Shown here one piece after another: positions 27,523 to 37,822 of a stretch of DNA of 64,000 bases. This stretch comes from an uncultured Planctomycetota bacterium (GTDB taxonomy: Bacteria; Planctomycetota; Planctomycetia; Isosphaerales; Isosphaeraceae), in NCBI GenBank assembly GCA_963823665.1, contig CAWGMQ010000005.1:1280001-1344000 (forward strand), read 5' to 3'. The notes beneath the pieces were generated by a model that was given only the letters and a program-made list of their open reading frames with translations, was not told where the DNA came from and did not search any database. The first letter of the stretch is position 1; each line of letters starts with the position of its first letter. The translations under genes and the position numbers were made by a program.

Positions 27523-30204
27523 TCATTTTTTCTCTCTTGGTGCCACTTGCCCTCGACGCACGTCCCAGACGACGGCGGAGCCTCGCTGGAATCCGGCTAG
27601 CAGCCTGGCGCCGTCGGGCGAGAATGCGAGCACCGTGGCTCGATTGTCCCTGGATTCGAGAGTCAGCACTTCCTCACCTGTCGTGGTGTCGAACAGCCGG
27701 ATCTTGTCCTCGCCTTGATCCCCTTCCCTAGGCACGTCCGAGGTGGCGATCGTCTTGCCGTCGGGCGCAACAGCAAGCGAGCAGTCTCGGCTGTGGGGAT
27801 AAAGGATTCTGCGCCGCAGCGTACCGGCCGCGACGTCCCAAACGCAGACCCATCCTTCGAAGGACGAGGCCATCGTGCGGCCGTCGGCACTGAATGCGGC
27901 GGTGGCCAAGATGGGATTGCCTAGGCGGGCGGCTTGCTGCTGCTCGGCCGTCCGTCCGTCGGCGAGAAACCGGCGTTCCTCGTGGCCGGTGAGCACGTTG
28001 AAGCGGATCACGTTGCCATTCTTCAGTGCCGCATCGAACCAGATCGAGTTCCCCTCGAATTGCAGCGCGGCCGGGTCCACGTGGACCCGAGCTTTCGTTA
28101 CGGTTGGGGCCGTCCAGCGTTGCCGGCCCGTCGCGGGCTCGATCCCGACGAGGCAATTGTCGTGGGCGACGACCAACATTCGTCCATCAGGTGCCGTCGC
28201 GGCGAGCCGGAACCAGCTCCGAGGGAATTCTCGCGTCACCTCGCCGGCTGCGGCCTCGTAAACCACCAAGATTTCCTGGGCGGAGTCCGACGGGTCATCG
28301 CGCCGGCCGGCCGCGAGCAAGAGTTTGTCGTTGCGCGAGAAGCCGACGGAGGTGGGATCGGCGCTCCGGCCCCCCGACCTGACGATTGGTGCCAGGAGCT
28401 TGTGCCAGATCAGCTTGCCGGTGGCGGCATCCCAGACCCGCACGAAGCCGTCGGAATGACCGGTGACGATCCGATCGCCCATACGCGACCATTCCGCCGC
28501 CCCGAGGCGGCCGACGGGCGTGTTGTCGTCATGGTGCCGCCGCCGTCCCGTCGCTGCGTCGAAGATCGCGATGGCGTTCTGCTCCGCCAGAACGACGAGC
28601 TTCCCATCGGACGAGATCGTGACTCTTCCGCCCAATTTGCCGGGCAGGGCGGTCGCCCACAGCGGCTTCAAGGTAGAGGCGTCCAGCATCCGAAGATGTT
28701 GGAAGTCGACGACGGCCAGCTTCCGGTCGTCGGGCGAGAGGGCAACATTCCCGAACCCGATCTCGTCCGGACCGGCGAGGTCCCGGATTCGTTCGCCGCT
28801 GTCAATGTCCCATAGCCGAATTTCGGCGCGTTTCACGGTCGGCTGTTCTTTTGCGCGCACGGGCTCGATCATACCTGGACGAATCTCCCTGCGGACTTCG
28901 GCCGCTTTCTCTTCCGCTCGTTTTGCGGGAGCCTCTGCCTCCTCCTCCCGCACACCGCCCGAGAGGATTCGCCGGCTATCGGACGTCACGGCGATGGAAG
29001 ACAAGTGATCGCCGGCGGTCGGCCCGATCTCATTCAGGAGCCGGCCGTCGCTCAGGCGCCAGACTCGGATTATCGTGTTGAACTGGTGACCGGCGACCAG
29101 CTTCGTGCCGTCGGGCGTAAATGCCAGGTGCTGCCCGCCTTTTGGCGAGCTGAAAGATCGCACGAGCTCATCCGGCCTTTCTACACGACGGAGCTCGATT
29201 ACCCCTTCCAGACTGCTGCTGGCGAACAAGCGGCCATCGGGCGAAAACTTTACATCGAAAACGTTGCTCCGACGGAGCTCCTGGTGAAAGAGCAGCCGAT
29301 CGGCCGACAAGTCCCAGAGGGCGACTGCTCCCGACAGTTCGCCCCAGAGAAGTTTCGTACCGTCCGGCGAGAACGTGGTTGTGTCGACCCAACCCGGTCG
29401 ATTCCCCGGGCCGACGAGTTGCTTGACACGTCGACCAGTTTGAACGTCGAAAAACGTAACGCGGGTATTCGGGGGATAGAGGTCGCCCGCAGCGACGTGC
29501 CCTCCGCTCGGCGAGATCGCGAACGATCTGATATAGGCAGGCGCCCGCAGGTCGTCAGTGCCAATCCGCAACAGGGCGCGCGGTGGAAGGGCGGGCTCGG
29601 TGACACCCGTCTTGGGTAAATCGTCCGACTCTTCCATGGCCGCATGGCGCATGATCGGTGCCTCAGATCGCGCGGCCGACGGATCCGCGGCGAGGAACGC
29701 CAACATGCCCATGAAACTTCGGATCGTAGACCGTGCGCGGGCAAGTCGCATGACCGGTTCCTTATGCTCGATTGAGAATCTTGACTCCGCACTGCATCGG
29801 AGGCTCTCACCGGCCGGTGCGGCGCACGGCTGCAACTCCACTTCGAGGATTGTGTCCGCGTTGTCGATTGCGCCGACGGTCATGAGAGGAGTTCCACTCA
29901 CGATCGATCTTATTATGGACTCTTGCATTTGGGCGGCTGCACGGCGCGATAAACCGTTCGATTTCACGCTCACGTAGACCCGCCTGGCATCCTCCAGCTT
30001 GGTGGCTTTCGCGCTGTAGTAATGGATTCTTGCAATCTTCCCAATGCCTCGATCATACGTCACTGCGGATAGAATCTTTCCCAGTTCCGTCTTGTCGGCC
30101 ACACCTACGCCAACGGCTACTCGTTCCTGGTTCGGCAGTCGTTCCGCGCGAACCGAGGTGATCGCCAGTATTAAAACGACCGAGACACCGATAATCGCTC
30201 TCAT
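27523..30204 (-). CDS. WD40 beta-propeller protein (own start probably ATG 29751) read in-frame from an upstream copy of the 126-aa small gene
   Basis: LPPRALLRIGT, FSPDG..L, VRVWDAATGK repeats; AAGGA RBS before 29751. The first ~124 codons match 9217..9597. Confidence 0.88.
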   Translation of the reverse strand: MRAIIGVSVVLILAITSVRAERLPNQERVAVGVGVADKTELGKILSAVTYDRGIGKIARIHYYSAKATKLEDARRVYVSVKSNGLSRRAAAQMQESIIRSIVSGTPLMTVGAIDNADTILEVELQPCAAPAGESLRCSAESRFSIEHKEPVMRLARARSTIRSFMGMLAFLAADPSAARSEAPIMRHAAMEESDDLPKTGVTEPALPPRALLRIGTDDLRAPAYIRSFAISPSGGHVAAGDLYPPNTRVTFFDVQTGRRVKQLVGPGNRPGWVDTTTFSPDGTKLLWGELSGAVALWDLSADRLLFHQELRRSNVFDVKFSPDGRLFASSSLEGVIELRRVERPDELVRSFSSPKGGQHLAFTPDGTKLVAGHQFNTIIRVWRLSDGRLLNEIGPTAGDHLSSIAVTSDSRRILSGGVREEEAEAPAKRAEEKAAEVRREIRPGMIEPVRAKEQPTVKRAEIRLWDIDSGERIRDLAGPDEIGFGNVALSPDDRKLAVVDFQHLRMLDASTLKPLWATALPGKLGGRVTISSDGKLVVLAEQNAIAIFDAATGRRRHHDDNTPVGRLGAAEWSRMGDRIVTGHSDGFVRVWDAATGKLIWHKLLAPIVRSGGRSADPTSVGFSRNDKLLLAAGRRDDPSDSAQEILVVYEAAAGEVTREFPRSWFRLAATAPDGRMLVVAHDNCLVGIEPATGRQRWTAPTVTKARVHVDPAALQFEGNSIWFDAALKNGNVIRFNVLTGHEERRFLADGRTAEQQQAARLGNPILATAAFSADGRTMASSFEGWVCVWDVAAGTLRRRILYPHSRDCSLAVAPDGKTIATSDVPREGDQGEDKIRLFDTTTGEEVLTLESRDNRATVLAFSPDGARLLAGFQRGSAVVWDVRRGQVAPREKK

Positions 30205-30277
30205 CGCAGACTCCTATCAACATGGAAATGGCGTACGACACGCCAATCCTCGGTAGGGGTTTTCACCGACCAGGCAA

Positions 30278-31090
30278 TCACACCGGCTTGTGGCGTTCCG
30301 CCAACTGCTGTTCCAGCCAACTGGTGTCGGACGGGCTAAGCGGTGGCCGGAGTGGCCAGCGATAGTCGATGTCTCGGTCGTATCGCGACCGAGCATATAC
30401 AGCGTCCACCAGCGGCTGCAAAGCCAACATGATGTCCGGGTCAGGCGCCGCCAATGGAACGCAAAGCTCCGGCAATGGGCGACGAGAATGCGCAGGCCAC
30501 ACAGTGCATCGCGTCTCCCCTCGCCGGCACATGAGCAGATAATACGAGCTTTCCGGCCAGCGGCTCGCCATCGGCATCCGCCGCCCGCGCCGCAATAGGT
30601 CCAGCTCCACGAAATTGACCGAACTGCCCAGGCAAACCTGACGTTTGCGGTGATACAGACGCCAGCCCTTCGTGCCCGGCCGTTTGTTCGACGGCGAGAG
30701 CGCCTCGATCGCAGTAACCAGACGGCGTTTTGGTTCAACTTGATGGATTTCGAGAAAGAGTTCTCGGTATTCCGCTTCAACGACGGCCTGCATCAGGACC
30801 GGCGTGGCCTCCGGATCCACCTCGCTCCCGGAGGTCAAAGCGACCGTGCTTCCGGCGCCGTCTGGCCGGTGCGACGCCGTGAGCGCAACGTCCGGTAATA
30901 GCTCATGGGGATCACCGTCTGGTCCAGCGCCGATCGCCACGTACGCTCGCTCGCCGGTTCGAACCGCATACCGATCGGGAACCCGGCTCGAAAGGCTCCG
31001 CTCCATCTCACCGATCAACTTGGAGTGAAAATCTTCCCACAGCCCAAACGTTTCAATGTACGGGTCCATCCCGGGAAATGGCGAGCGCAT
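30278..31090 (-). CDS. DUF4058 family protein
   Basis: MRSPFPGMDPYIE..W.DFH, PDVAL, LVTAIEALSPSNK, VELDLLRRG. Confidence 0.92.
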   Translation of the reverse strand: MRSPFPGMDPYIETFGLWEDFHSKLIGEMERSLSSRVPDRYAVRTGERAYVAIGAGPDGDPHELLPDVALTASHRPDGAGSTVALTSGSEVDPEATPVLMQAVVEAEYRELFLEIHQVEPKRRLVTAIEALSPSNKRPGTKGWRLYHRKRQVCLGSSVNFVELDLLRRGRRMPMASRWPESSYYLLMCRRGETRCTVWPAHSRRPLPELCVPLAAPDPDIMLALQPLVDAVYARSRYDRDIDYRWPLRPPLSPSDTSWLEQQLAERHKPV

Positions 31091-31148
31091 GTCGAATACC
31101 CTCCGCTAATTCAGTATACCCTCTGCCCTGGCTCGGTTCCTCCTACAG

Positions 31149-31694
31149 TCAGTCTCGTGCAGAGGCCCTTGGTTCGGCGTACGCGCATTCAACGCGGAAA
31201 TCAAACACCCGCGTGACCGGCGCATCCGGCGGCCCTTGATCAACGGGCGGATCGTCCGCCAGCAACTGGCAGCGCCGTGCCCAGAGATCCAGGTCCAGCC
31301 CGAGCTGATGGCGCCCCCCCTGCTCCGCTGCCAGGGCGAACGACATTGCCGCGCGGCGGCAGTGCGTGCGCACGCCGCTCTCTCGTCGCTCGCGGACTTT
31401 CACGCCTGCCGCGGCAAGCTTGATGAGTCCTTTGAGCACCTCGGCCGTCGGACCTCGTCGGTGCTCGATGTGCCAGAGGTCTTCCCAGACCTCGTGCGCT
31501 TCCCAATAATAGCCTGCGTTGAAGAGCTCGACCCCGCGCAGGAACCGAGCTCTCCACCATTCTTTCTCGCGGCCGGCAGGCATCTCACGGCGGCCGGCCA
31601 CGTCGTGCATGGGCGAGCGGTTGGGATGAGGCCAGGGGCAGCCGGGAAAGTACGTGTAAGCAGGCAGGGGCTCGGAGTGATCAGGGCTTTCCAT
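31149..31694 (-). CDS. DUF309 domain protein
   Basis: LPAYTYFPG..PHP, GVELFNAGYYWEAHEVWEDLW, LKGLIKLAAA. Confidence 0.88.
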   Translation of the reverse strand: MESPDHSEPLPAYTYFPGCPWPHPNRSPMHDVAGRREMPAGREKEWWRARFLRGVELFNAGYYWEAHEVWEDLWHIEHRRGPTAEVLKGLIKLAAAGVKVRERRESGVRTHCRRAAMSFALAAEQGGRHQLGLDLDLWARRCQLLADDPPVDQGPPDAPVTRVFDFRVECAYAEPRASARD

Positions 31695-31710
31695 TTCGTA
31701 ATGAGACGCT

Positions 31711-31831
31711 GGCGTGGATGAAAATGCAACCGGCGGGCGGCACACGGAGTGTGCCTGCTACAGCATCCAATGTGATGCGGGCGTGGCTCGAACTGCAATC
31801 GGCGGGCGGCACACGGAGTGTGCCTGCTACA
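31711..31831. repeat. Tandem pair (69-bp period) of GTAG-type REP palindromes
   Basis: CGGCGGGCGGCACACGGAGTGTGCCTGCTACA at 31731-31762 and 31800-31831; hairpin GGCACAC-GGA-GTGTGCC; the minus strand begins GTAG. Confidence 0.88.
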
Positions 31832-31859
31832 ACTTTCTGAGATGTTTCCGCGGGGGAAA

Positions 31860-33254
31860 ATGCAACGGCTTATCCTGATCAATGCAGTGGGGCTTACCCG
31901 GCGGCTGCTCGCCTTCGCACCTCGGCTGAAGCGCCTTGCCGAGACGGGCTGGATTCGCTCGCTCGAGGAGGTAATTCCGGCGGTCACCTGCTCGGCCCAG
32001 GCGAGCATCTTGACCGGGAAGCTCCCGCAGGAGCACGGCATCGTCGGCAATGGCTGGCTCTTTCGCGACACGCGCGAAGTGCGCTTCTGGCAGCAGTCAA
32101 GCGCGCCTCGATCCAGGCCGAGACGATCGATCAGGCGCTCGGCCGCGTCGCGGCGGCTCGCGGCCGTCCGATGCGGGTTGCCAAGCTCTTCTGGTGGTTC
32201 AACCAGGGTTCCGCGGCCGAGTTCTCCGTGACGCCGAAGCCCCACTACGGCGCCGATGGAAACAAGGTCTTCGGAATCACCGGCACGCCCGATGGATTGT
32301 GCGAAAGGCTCGAACGGTCGCTGGGACGCTTTCCGTTCCACACATTCTGGGGACCGAAGGCGGGGCTGCCATGCACCGAATGGATCGCGCGGTGCGCGGC
32401 CCTAGTCTTCCGCAGCCACCACCCCGATCTCACGCTCGTCTACCTGCCGCATCTGGATTACGACCCTCAGCGATTCGGTCCGTCCGGGTGCGACATGGCT
32501 CGCCTGACCGGCGAGCTCGACCAAGCCTGCGGCGCCGATCCTCGATGCCGCGGCTGCCGACGGAGCTCGCGTCTGGATCGTATCCGAGTACGGCCACACC
32601 GACGTGACGCAGCCGATTCTTCTCAACCGGGTGCTCCGCGAAGCAGGGTTGCTCAAGGTTCGACCTGGCCCGTTCGGCGAGGTACTCGACACATTCCTCA
32701 GCCCGGCATTTGCCGTCTGTGATCACCAGGTCGCCCATATCTACTTGAACGGCGCCGATGACCGGCTATCGGGCCGGGTCAACGAGCTGCTCCTGGGTGT
32801 GAGCGGCGTTGCGCGGGTTTACGCAGGCCGGCAGCGAGCGGAAATCGGTCTCGATCATCCACGGTCCGGTGAACTGGTGGCCATGTCGCGGGATGATTCA
32901 TGGTTTGCTTATCCCTACTGGCTCGACGATCGGCTGGCTCCGGATTTCGCCCGGACCGTCGACATACACCGCAAACCCGGTTATGACCCGTGCGAGCTTT
33001 TCTTCGACCCTGCGCGATTCTGGCCCGAGGGCCGGGCCATCTTCCAGCTCGCACGCAAGAAGCTGGGATTCCGCAGCCTTCTCGACGTGGTGCCGTTAGA
33101 CGCACGAGTTGTGCGCGGAAGCCACGGCGTGCCTGCGGTCGATCAAGAGGACAAGCCGGTGCTCATTGGTGACGGCCCGCCGCCCTCCGCCGGCGCTGCG
33201 ATCGCGATGATCGAAACCCACGATCTCTTGTGGCGGGCGCTGGTTCCTGACTAG
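31860..33254 (+). CDS. Alkaline phosphatase superfamily nucleotide pyrophosphatase (EboF-like); frameshifts near 32105 and 32531
   Basis: Three consecutive ORF pieces: PAVTCSAQAS..TG...HGIVGNGW; LVYLPHLDYDPQRFGP; VSEYG, AFAVCDHQVAH, DFARTVDIHRKPGYDP, VRGSHG. Confidence 0.88.
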
Positions 33255-33336
33255 CATTGATAGGATCGCTGTTCCCGCCGCTTTTTTCTCGGGAGCGAGC
33301 GCATCGACCCCGTGTTGCTGGTATGAGGGCTCACTG

Positions 33337-35628
33337 ATGCTCCGCTCGCGGAAGACGTTTTGGCGGGTCGGTCTGATCGCGACGCTGATCGTCGTCGTGT
33401 CGCTTTGCGATCGACGGGGAGCCCGGGGCGACGTGACCAGCGAGGAAGTCGAACATGCGATTCGCGAGGGTGTTCGCTATTTGAAGGACAAGCAAGCGCC
33501 CGACGGCTCGTGGGCCGACGTCGATCAAGCCGCGCGAACCGGGGTGACGAGTCTGGTCACGCTCGCGCTCATGACCGCGGGTGAGAAACCGAGCTCACCG
33601 AAGATTCAGCTCGCCCTCGAGTTCCTCAGACAATTCCAACCCGATCAGCTCAATAGCACGTATGCCGTTGGCCTTCAAACCATGGTCTTTGCCGCGGCGG
33701 AACCGGTTCGCGATCGGGCCCGGATCCTGGCGAACGTGGAATTCCTCGAGCGCGGCCAGATCAAGCTGGGCGAGCGGACCCCCTGGCCGGGGTCGTGGAA
33801 CTATCACATCCCGATGCACGGCGGCGATAACTCGAACACACAATATGCACTCCTGGGGTTGAATGCGGGCAGAGAAGCCGGAGTGACAGTCCGGCCCGAG
33901 GTCTGGCTGCTTTCGCGCACCTACTTCGAGGTTTACCAGAACCGTGATGGCGGCTGGGGCTACACGCCGGGTGTAAAGCAATCAACCGCAAGCATGACCT
34001 GTGCCGGCGTCTCCAGCCTGATCCTCTCCGGTGCCCGGCGCTACGAGAGTCTTGAGCATCTTCAGGGCGAGGGCATTCGCGACTGCGGCAAAGGGGGCTT
34101 TAACCCGAACATCGATCGAGCCGTCAACTGGCTCGCCAACCACTTTGATGTGCGGCAGAACTTCGGCAACGGGCAGCAATGGAGATATTATTACCTCTAC
34201 GCGCTCGAGCGGGCCGGCCGGCTAACCGGGGTGCGCTTCTTCGGGCAGAACGACTGGTATCGCCTGGGTGCCGAACAGCTCGTCAAGGAACAGAACACGC
34301 TGTCCGGTTTCTGGCGGGGAGGGACGGAAAACGACATTGTAGCGACCTCGTTTGCTCTGCTCTTCCTGGCCAAGGGGCGCGCGCCGGTGTTGATCAACAA
34401 GCTGCGTCATTCGCGGGGCCAGGATTGGAACAACGACCCCGACGACGTTCGCAACATGGTCTCCATTGTCTCTGAAGACTGGAAGAGCCTTCTTGCATGG
34501 CAGGTGGTGGACCCGCGCACCGCTACGATTCAGGAGATGCTCCAGGCACCGATCGTGTTCTTCAACGGGCATGAGGTCCCGGAGTTCTCGGAGCAGGCCA
34601 AGAAGAATCTCCAGGCGTTTGTCGAACAAGGGGGTTTCATCTTCGCCGACGCCTGCTGCGGCAGCCGCGCTTTCGACGCGGGCTTCAAGCGTTTGATGAA
34701 AGAGCTCTTCCCAGACCCGAGCATCGAGCTCAAGTCCCTGCCCGACGACCACCCGGTCTGGCGATCCAAGCATCTGCTTTCACCAGACATCCATCCGCTT
34801 TTGGGGATAGATTACGGCTGCCGCACGGTTGTCATTTATTCCCCGGCCGATCTCTCCTGCTACTGGAACCAACTGGAGCACTCCCCGGCCAACGTGGCCG
34901 TCATCAAGTCGATCAAGGTTGGACAGAATGTCATCGACTACGCCACGGGCCGCGAGATGCCGGCTGACAAGCTGGTCATTCGCGATATCGTCGACTTCAA
35001 GACCGAGGGGGCCAAGCGAGGCGCACTGCGGCTGGCCAAGCTCAAGCACAGCGGCGACTGGAACATCGCCCCTCAGGCAATCCCCAACTTGATGGAAGTT
35101 CTCCGCAAGCCCCCGCTCTCCTTCGAAGTTGTGATCAAGCAAAAAGACTTGCTTCCGCGCGACCCCGACTTGACCTATTACCCCTTGATCTATTTGCACG
35201 GCCGCGCGGCGCTCTCCTTTGACGACGTCGACCTCGAGGCGCTGCGCAAACATCTCGACCCCGGAAGTGGAACTCTCTTCGCGGATGCCGCCTGCGGCAG
35301 CGCCAGTTTTGACGGGTCGTTTCGCAAGTTCGTCGCCCTGCTGCTGCCGAACAACCCGCTCGTACCGATCCCGCAGGACGACGAGCTCTACACCACCAAG
35401 GTGGGCTTCGACCTCAAGGACGTGCACTACACCGAGTCAGCCGGAGGCGCACGCGGTTTTCCTCAGCTCGAAGGAGTCAAGATCGACAACCACTGGGCGA
35501 TCATCTATTCCAAGTTCGATATCGGCTGCGCGCTCGAGCGGCACACCGGCATGGGGTGCAAGGGCTATGTCCACGAAAGCGCGGTCAGGATCGCCGCAAA
35601 TATCGTGATCTATTCGACTCTGCCATGA
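33337..35628 (+). CDS. Secreted prenyltransferase/squalene-cyclase-repeat protein with tandem DUF4159 domains
   Basis: Q.PDGSW, DNSNTQYALLGL, QNRDGGWGY, YYYLYALERAG; DWNNDPDD, GGFIFADACCG, GDWN, GTLFADAACG. Confidence 0.9.
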   Translation: MLRSRKTFWRVGLIATLIVVVSLCDRRGARGDVTSEEVEHAIREGVRYLKDKQAPDGSWADVDQAARTGVTSLVTLALMTAGEKPSSPKIQLALEFLRQFQPDQLNSTYAVGLQTMVFAAAEPVRDRARILANVEFLERGQIKLGERTPWPGSWNYHIPMHGGDNSNTQYALLGLNAGREAGVTVRPEVWLLSRTYFEVYQNRDGGWGYTPGVKQSTASMTCAGVSSLILSGARRYESLEHLQGEGIRDCGKGGFNPNIDRAVNWLANHFDVRQNFGNGQQWRYYYLYALERAGRLTGVRFFGQNDWYRLGAEQLVKEQNTLSGFWRGGTENDIVATSFALLFLAKGRAPVLINKLRHSRGQDWNNDPDDVRNMVSIVSEDWKSLLAWQVVDPRTATIQEMLQAPIVFFNGHEVPEFSEQAKKNLQAFVEQGGFIFADACCGSRAFDAGFKRLMKELFPDPSIELKSLPDDHPVWRSKHLLSPDIHPLLGIDYGCRTVVIYSPADLSCYWNQLEHSPANVAVIKSIKVGQNVIDYATGREMPADKLVIRDIVDFKTEGAKRGALRLAKLKHSGDWNIAPQAIPNLMEVLRKPPLSFEVVIKQKDLLPRDPDLTYYPLIYLHGRAALSFDDVDLEALRKHLDPGSGTLFADAACGSASFDGSFRKFVALLLPNNPLVPIPQDDELYTTKVGFDLKDVHYTESAGGARGFPQLEGVKIDNHWAIIYSKFDIGCALERHTGMGCKGYVHESAVRIAANIVIYSTLP

Positions 35629-35663
35629 CGTCGCCCCGGTCACCATTTTTTCAGGCACGGCGC

Positions 35664-36362
35664 TCAGTGGTTCCGCACCAGCCCCAGTGTTGCCCATGCG
35701 CAACCGGCACCAGTGATCGGAATCAGGCTCTTTGACCCTTCGCCGCCGGGTTTGACCGGCCGCGAAGTCATCGGCCACGAGCCATCGTCGCGTTGGGTCC
35801 TGATCAGAAAACTGCGAGCATTCGCGATGGCTGGCCTCGTCGGGCTTGATTCCCGCGTGGCCCAGAGCATAGTCGGAGTCGCCGAAGATTGGCGGACGGG
35901 TTTCGGGCCATGCGGACCACGACCCGTTTTCGGTCTGGTCGCTCTTCACGGTGTTCAAGAGGAGTTTCAGTCCGTTCTGCGAGACGGCGCCCGGCTGGGG
36001 ATCGGCGCCAGCGCCAGGGCAAACCACACGGCCTTAGGATTGAGCGCTCTGGGTGCGCTCGGGGGCCTCGGCTGACCGAATTTGCCGTCGCCCGACGTGG
36101 CAATCCATTGCGTCAATTCGGCCAGAACCGTTTCATTGACTCTGTGGCCGCGCTGCTTCGCCTCGTGCATTGACCAGATGACGAGGCCGGGGTGATGGCA
36201 CGCGACGGAATTGTGCTCGGCCTTCCAGGTCATCGCATCGTCAGCCAGAAATGCAAGGCCACGCTCGATCGTGCCGTTCACATCGGTTGGTTTGTCGCGG
36301 ACTTCCTGGGCTGATTCCACCCCGGAAAGCAGGATCGCAAGGGCGCTGACAAACCACCGCAC
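35664..36362 (-). pseudogene. Degraded prenyltransferase/squalene-oxidase repeat protein (two frameshifts, probable internal deletion)
   Basis: Pieces in three frames: IERGLAFL..W...SVACHH; QTENGSW..WPETRPPIFGDSD|YALGHAG; FLIRTQRDDGSWPM...WATLGL. Confidence 0.7.
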
Positions 36363-36496
36363 GTCAAATCTCCCGACGCGCCAGGCTGCAATTCTCGTGT
36401 GCCCTCATGGGCCGTGCTCAGGCACGTTCAGTGTACCGAGTCGTTGCCCCCTGGCCAACGACGTCCTCGTTGTGTTGACGGTCGTCTCAAGCGTTC

Positions 36497-37822
36497 TCAC
36501 CATCCGGCGCGATATTCACGTTTGATGAACGGAGACGCCTCGGGGCAGCCCTGAGCCTCCATGGCTTCGGCATTCCAGAGGATCTTCCGGCCGGTTCGCA
36601 GTGCGAGGTTGGCCACGAGCATGGTTTCGGTCAGTCTGGAAGCGAAGCCATCGAACCGGCAGAAGGCCGGGGCGCCGCCGCGGCAGGCGGCCAGCCACTC
36701 CTGGTGATGGCTCTGGCCCGGAGCGCGGGGCTCGGAAGGCTGGGGAGCTTTGAAGTCGCGAAACCGATCTGCGGGCAAGAGCGCCCAATCCCCGCCAGTC
36801 CACTCCACTGACGAGAGCGTTCCTTTTGCGCCCACGACAATCGCGCCGTTGTCGGCAAGCTTCTGGCCGCCGACCAGCTCCGCCCTTGGTTTTTGTCCCC
36901 CATCGTACCAGTACAGCGTGATCGGGCCGCGGCCACCGCCGGCTGGAAACTCGAGCTTGAGCCGCGACCAGACCGGAAATGTCTCGGGCTTGAGCCCGGA
37001 TGTCTCGAGGATCTCTGCCGTCGCAGGCGGGCCGAGCTGGAGCGCGGCAAACGGCATGGCCGCGTTGTGGATTCCCATGTCTCCCACTGCGCCGGTGCCG
37101 AAATCCTTCCAGCCTCGCCAGATGAAAGGGCAATAGGCAGGATGATAGGGGCGATCTTGGGCCACACCCAGCCAGAGGTTCCAGTCCAGGCTTCCGGGGA
37201 CGGGCGGCGTGTCGCGCGGGCGATCAATCCCCTGGGGCCAGAACCCGATCGGGCGATCCGTCCAGACGTGCAATTCCTTGACGTCTCCGAGCACCCCCGA
37301 CCGGATCAACTCGATGCCGGCCCTGGCTCCGTCACCGGCCATGCCCTGGGTGCCCATCTGTGTTGCCAGCTTCTTCTCCCTGGCGAGGCTGGCCATCCGC
37401 CGCGCCTCGTCGATGCTCCAGGTGAGCGGCTTCTCGCAATAGACGTGCTTGCCTAGCTCCATGGCGGCCAGGCTGACCGGGGCGTGCATGTGGTCGGGAA
37501 TGCTAACGACGACCGCGTCGATCTGCTGATGCTGCGCATCGAGCATCTTGCGGTAATCGCGGAAGCGCTTCGCCTTGGGGTAGCGCCCGAACGCGTCTGC
37601 CGCGCGCTTCTCGTCCACGTCGCAAAGCGCGACGATGTTCTCGCCGGCCACCTTGTCGAGGTTCTCAGCTCCCTGCCCACCGCAACCGACGATGGCCAAG
37701 TTCAGCTTATCGTTTGGGCGGGCGCCTCCCGCTGGCAGAGAGGCCATGCTCGAAGCGCCAATAGCAATCCCTGTCGCGCCGAAGTGGCGCAGCACCCGTC
37801 TGCGATTCCAGTGGTCGCTCAT
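36497..37822 (-). CDS. Tat-exported Gfo/Idh/MocA oxidoreductase
   Basis: NRRRVL twin-arginine leader, IVGCGGQG, PDHMHA, HVYCEKPL, TQMGTQ, GDMGIH. Confidence 0.95.
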   Translation of the reverse strand: MSDHWNRRRVLRHFGATGIAIGASSMASLPAGGARPNDKLNLAIVGCGGQGAENLDKVAGENIVALCDVDEKRAADAFGRYPKAKRFRDYRKMLDAQHQQIDAVVVSIPDHMHAPVSLAAMELGKHVYCEKPLTWSIDEARRMASLAREKKLATQMGTQGMAGDGARAGIELIRSGVLGDVKELHVWTDRPIGFWPQGIDRPRDTPPVPGSLDWNLWLGVAQDRPYHPAYCPFIWRGWKDFGTGAVGDMGIHNAAMPFAALQLGPPATAEILETSGLKPETFPVWSRLKLEFPAGGGRGPITLYWYDGGQKPRAELVGGQKLADNGAIVVGAKGTLSSVEWTGGDWALLPADRFRDFKAPQPSEPRAPGQSHHQEWLAACRGGAPAFCRFDGFASRLTETMLVANLALRTGRKILWNAEAMEAQGCPEASPFIKREYRAGW

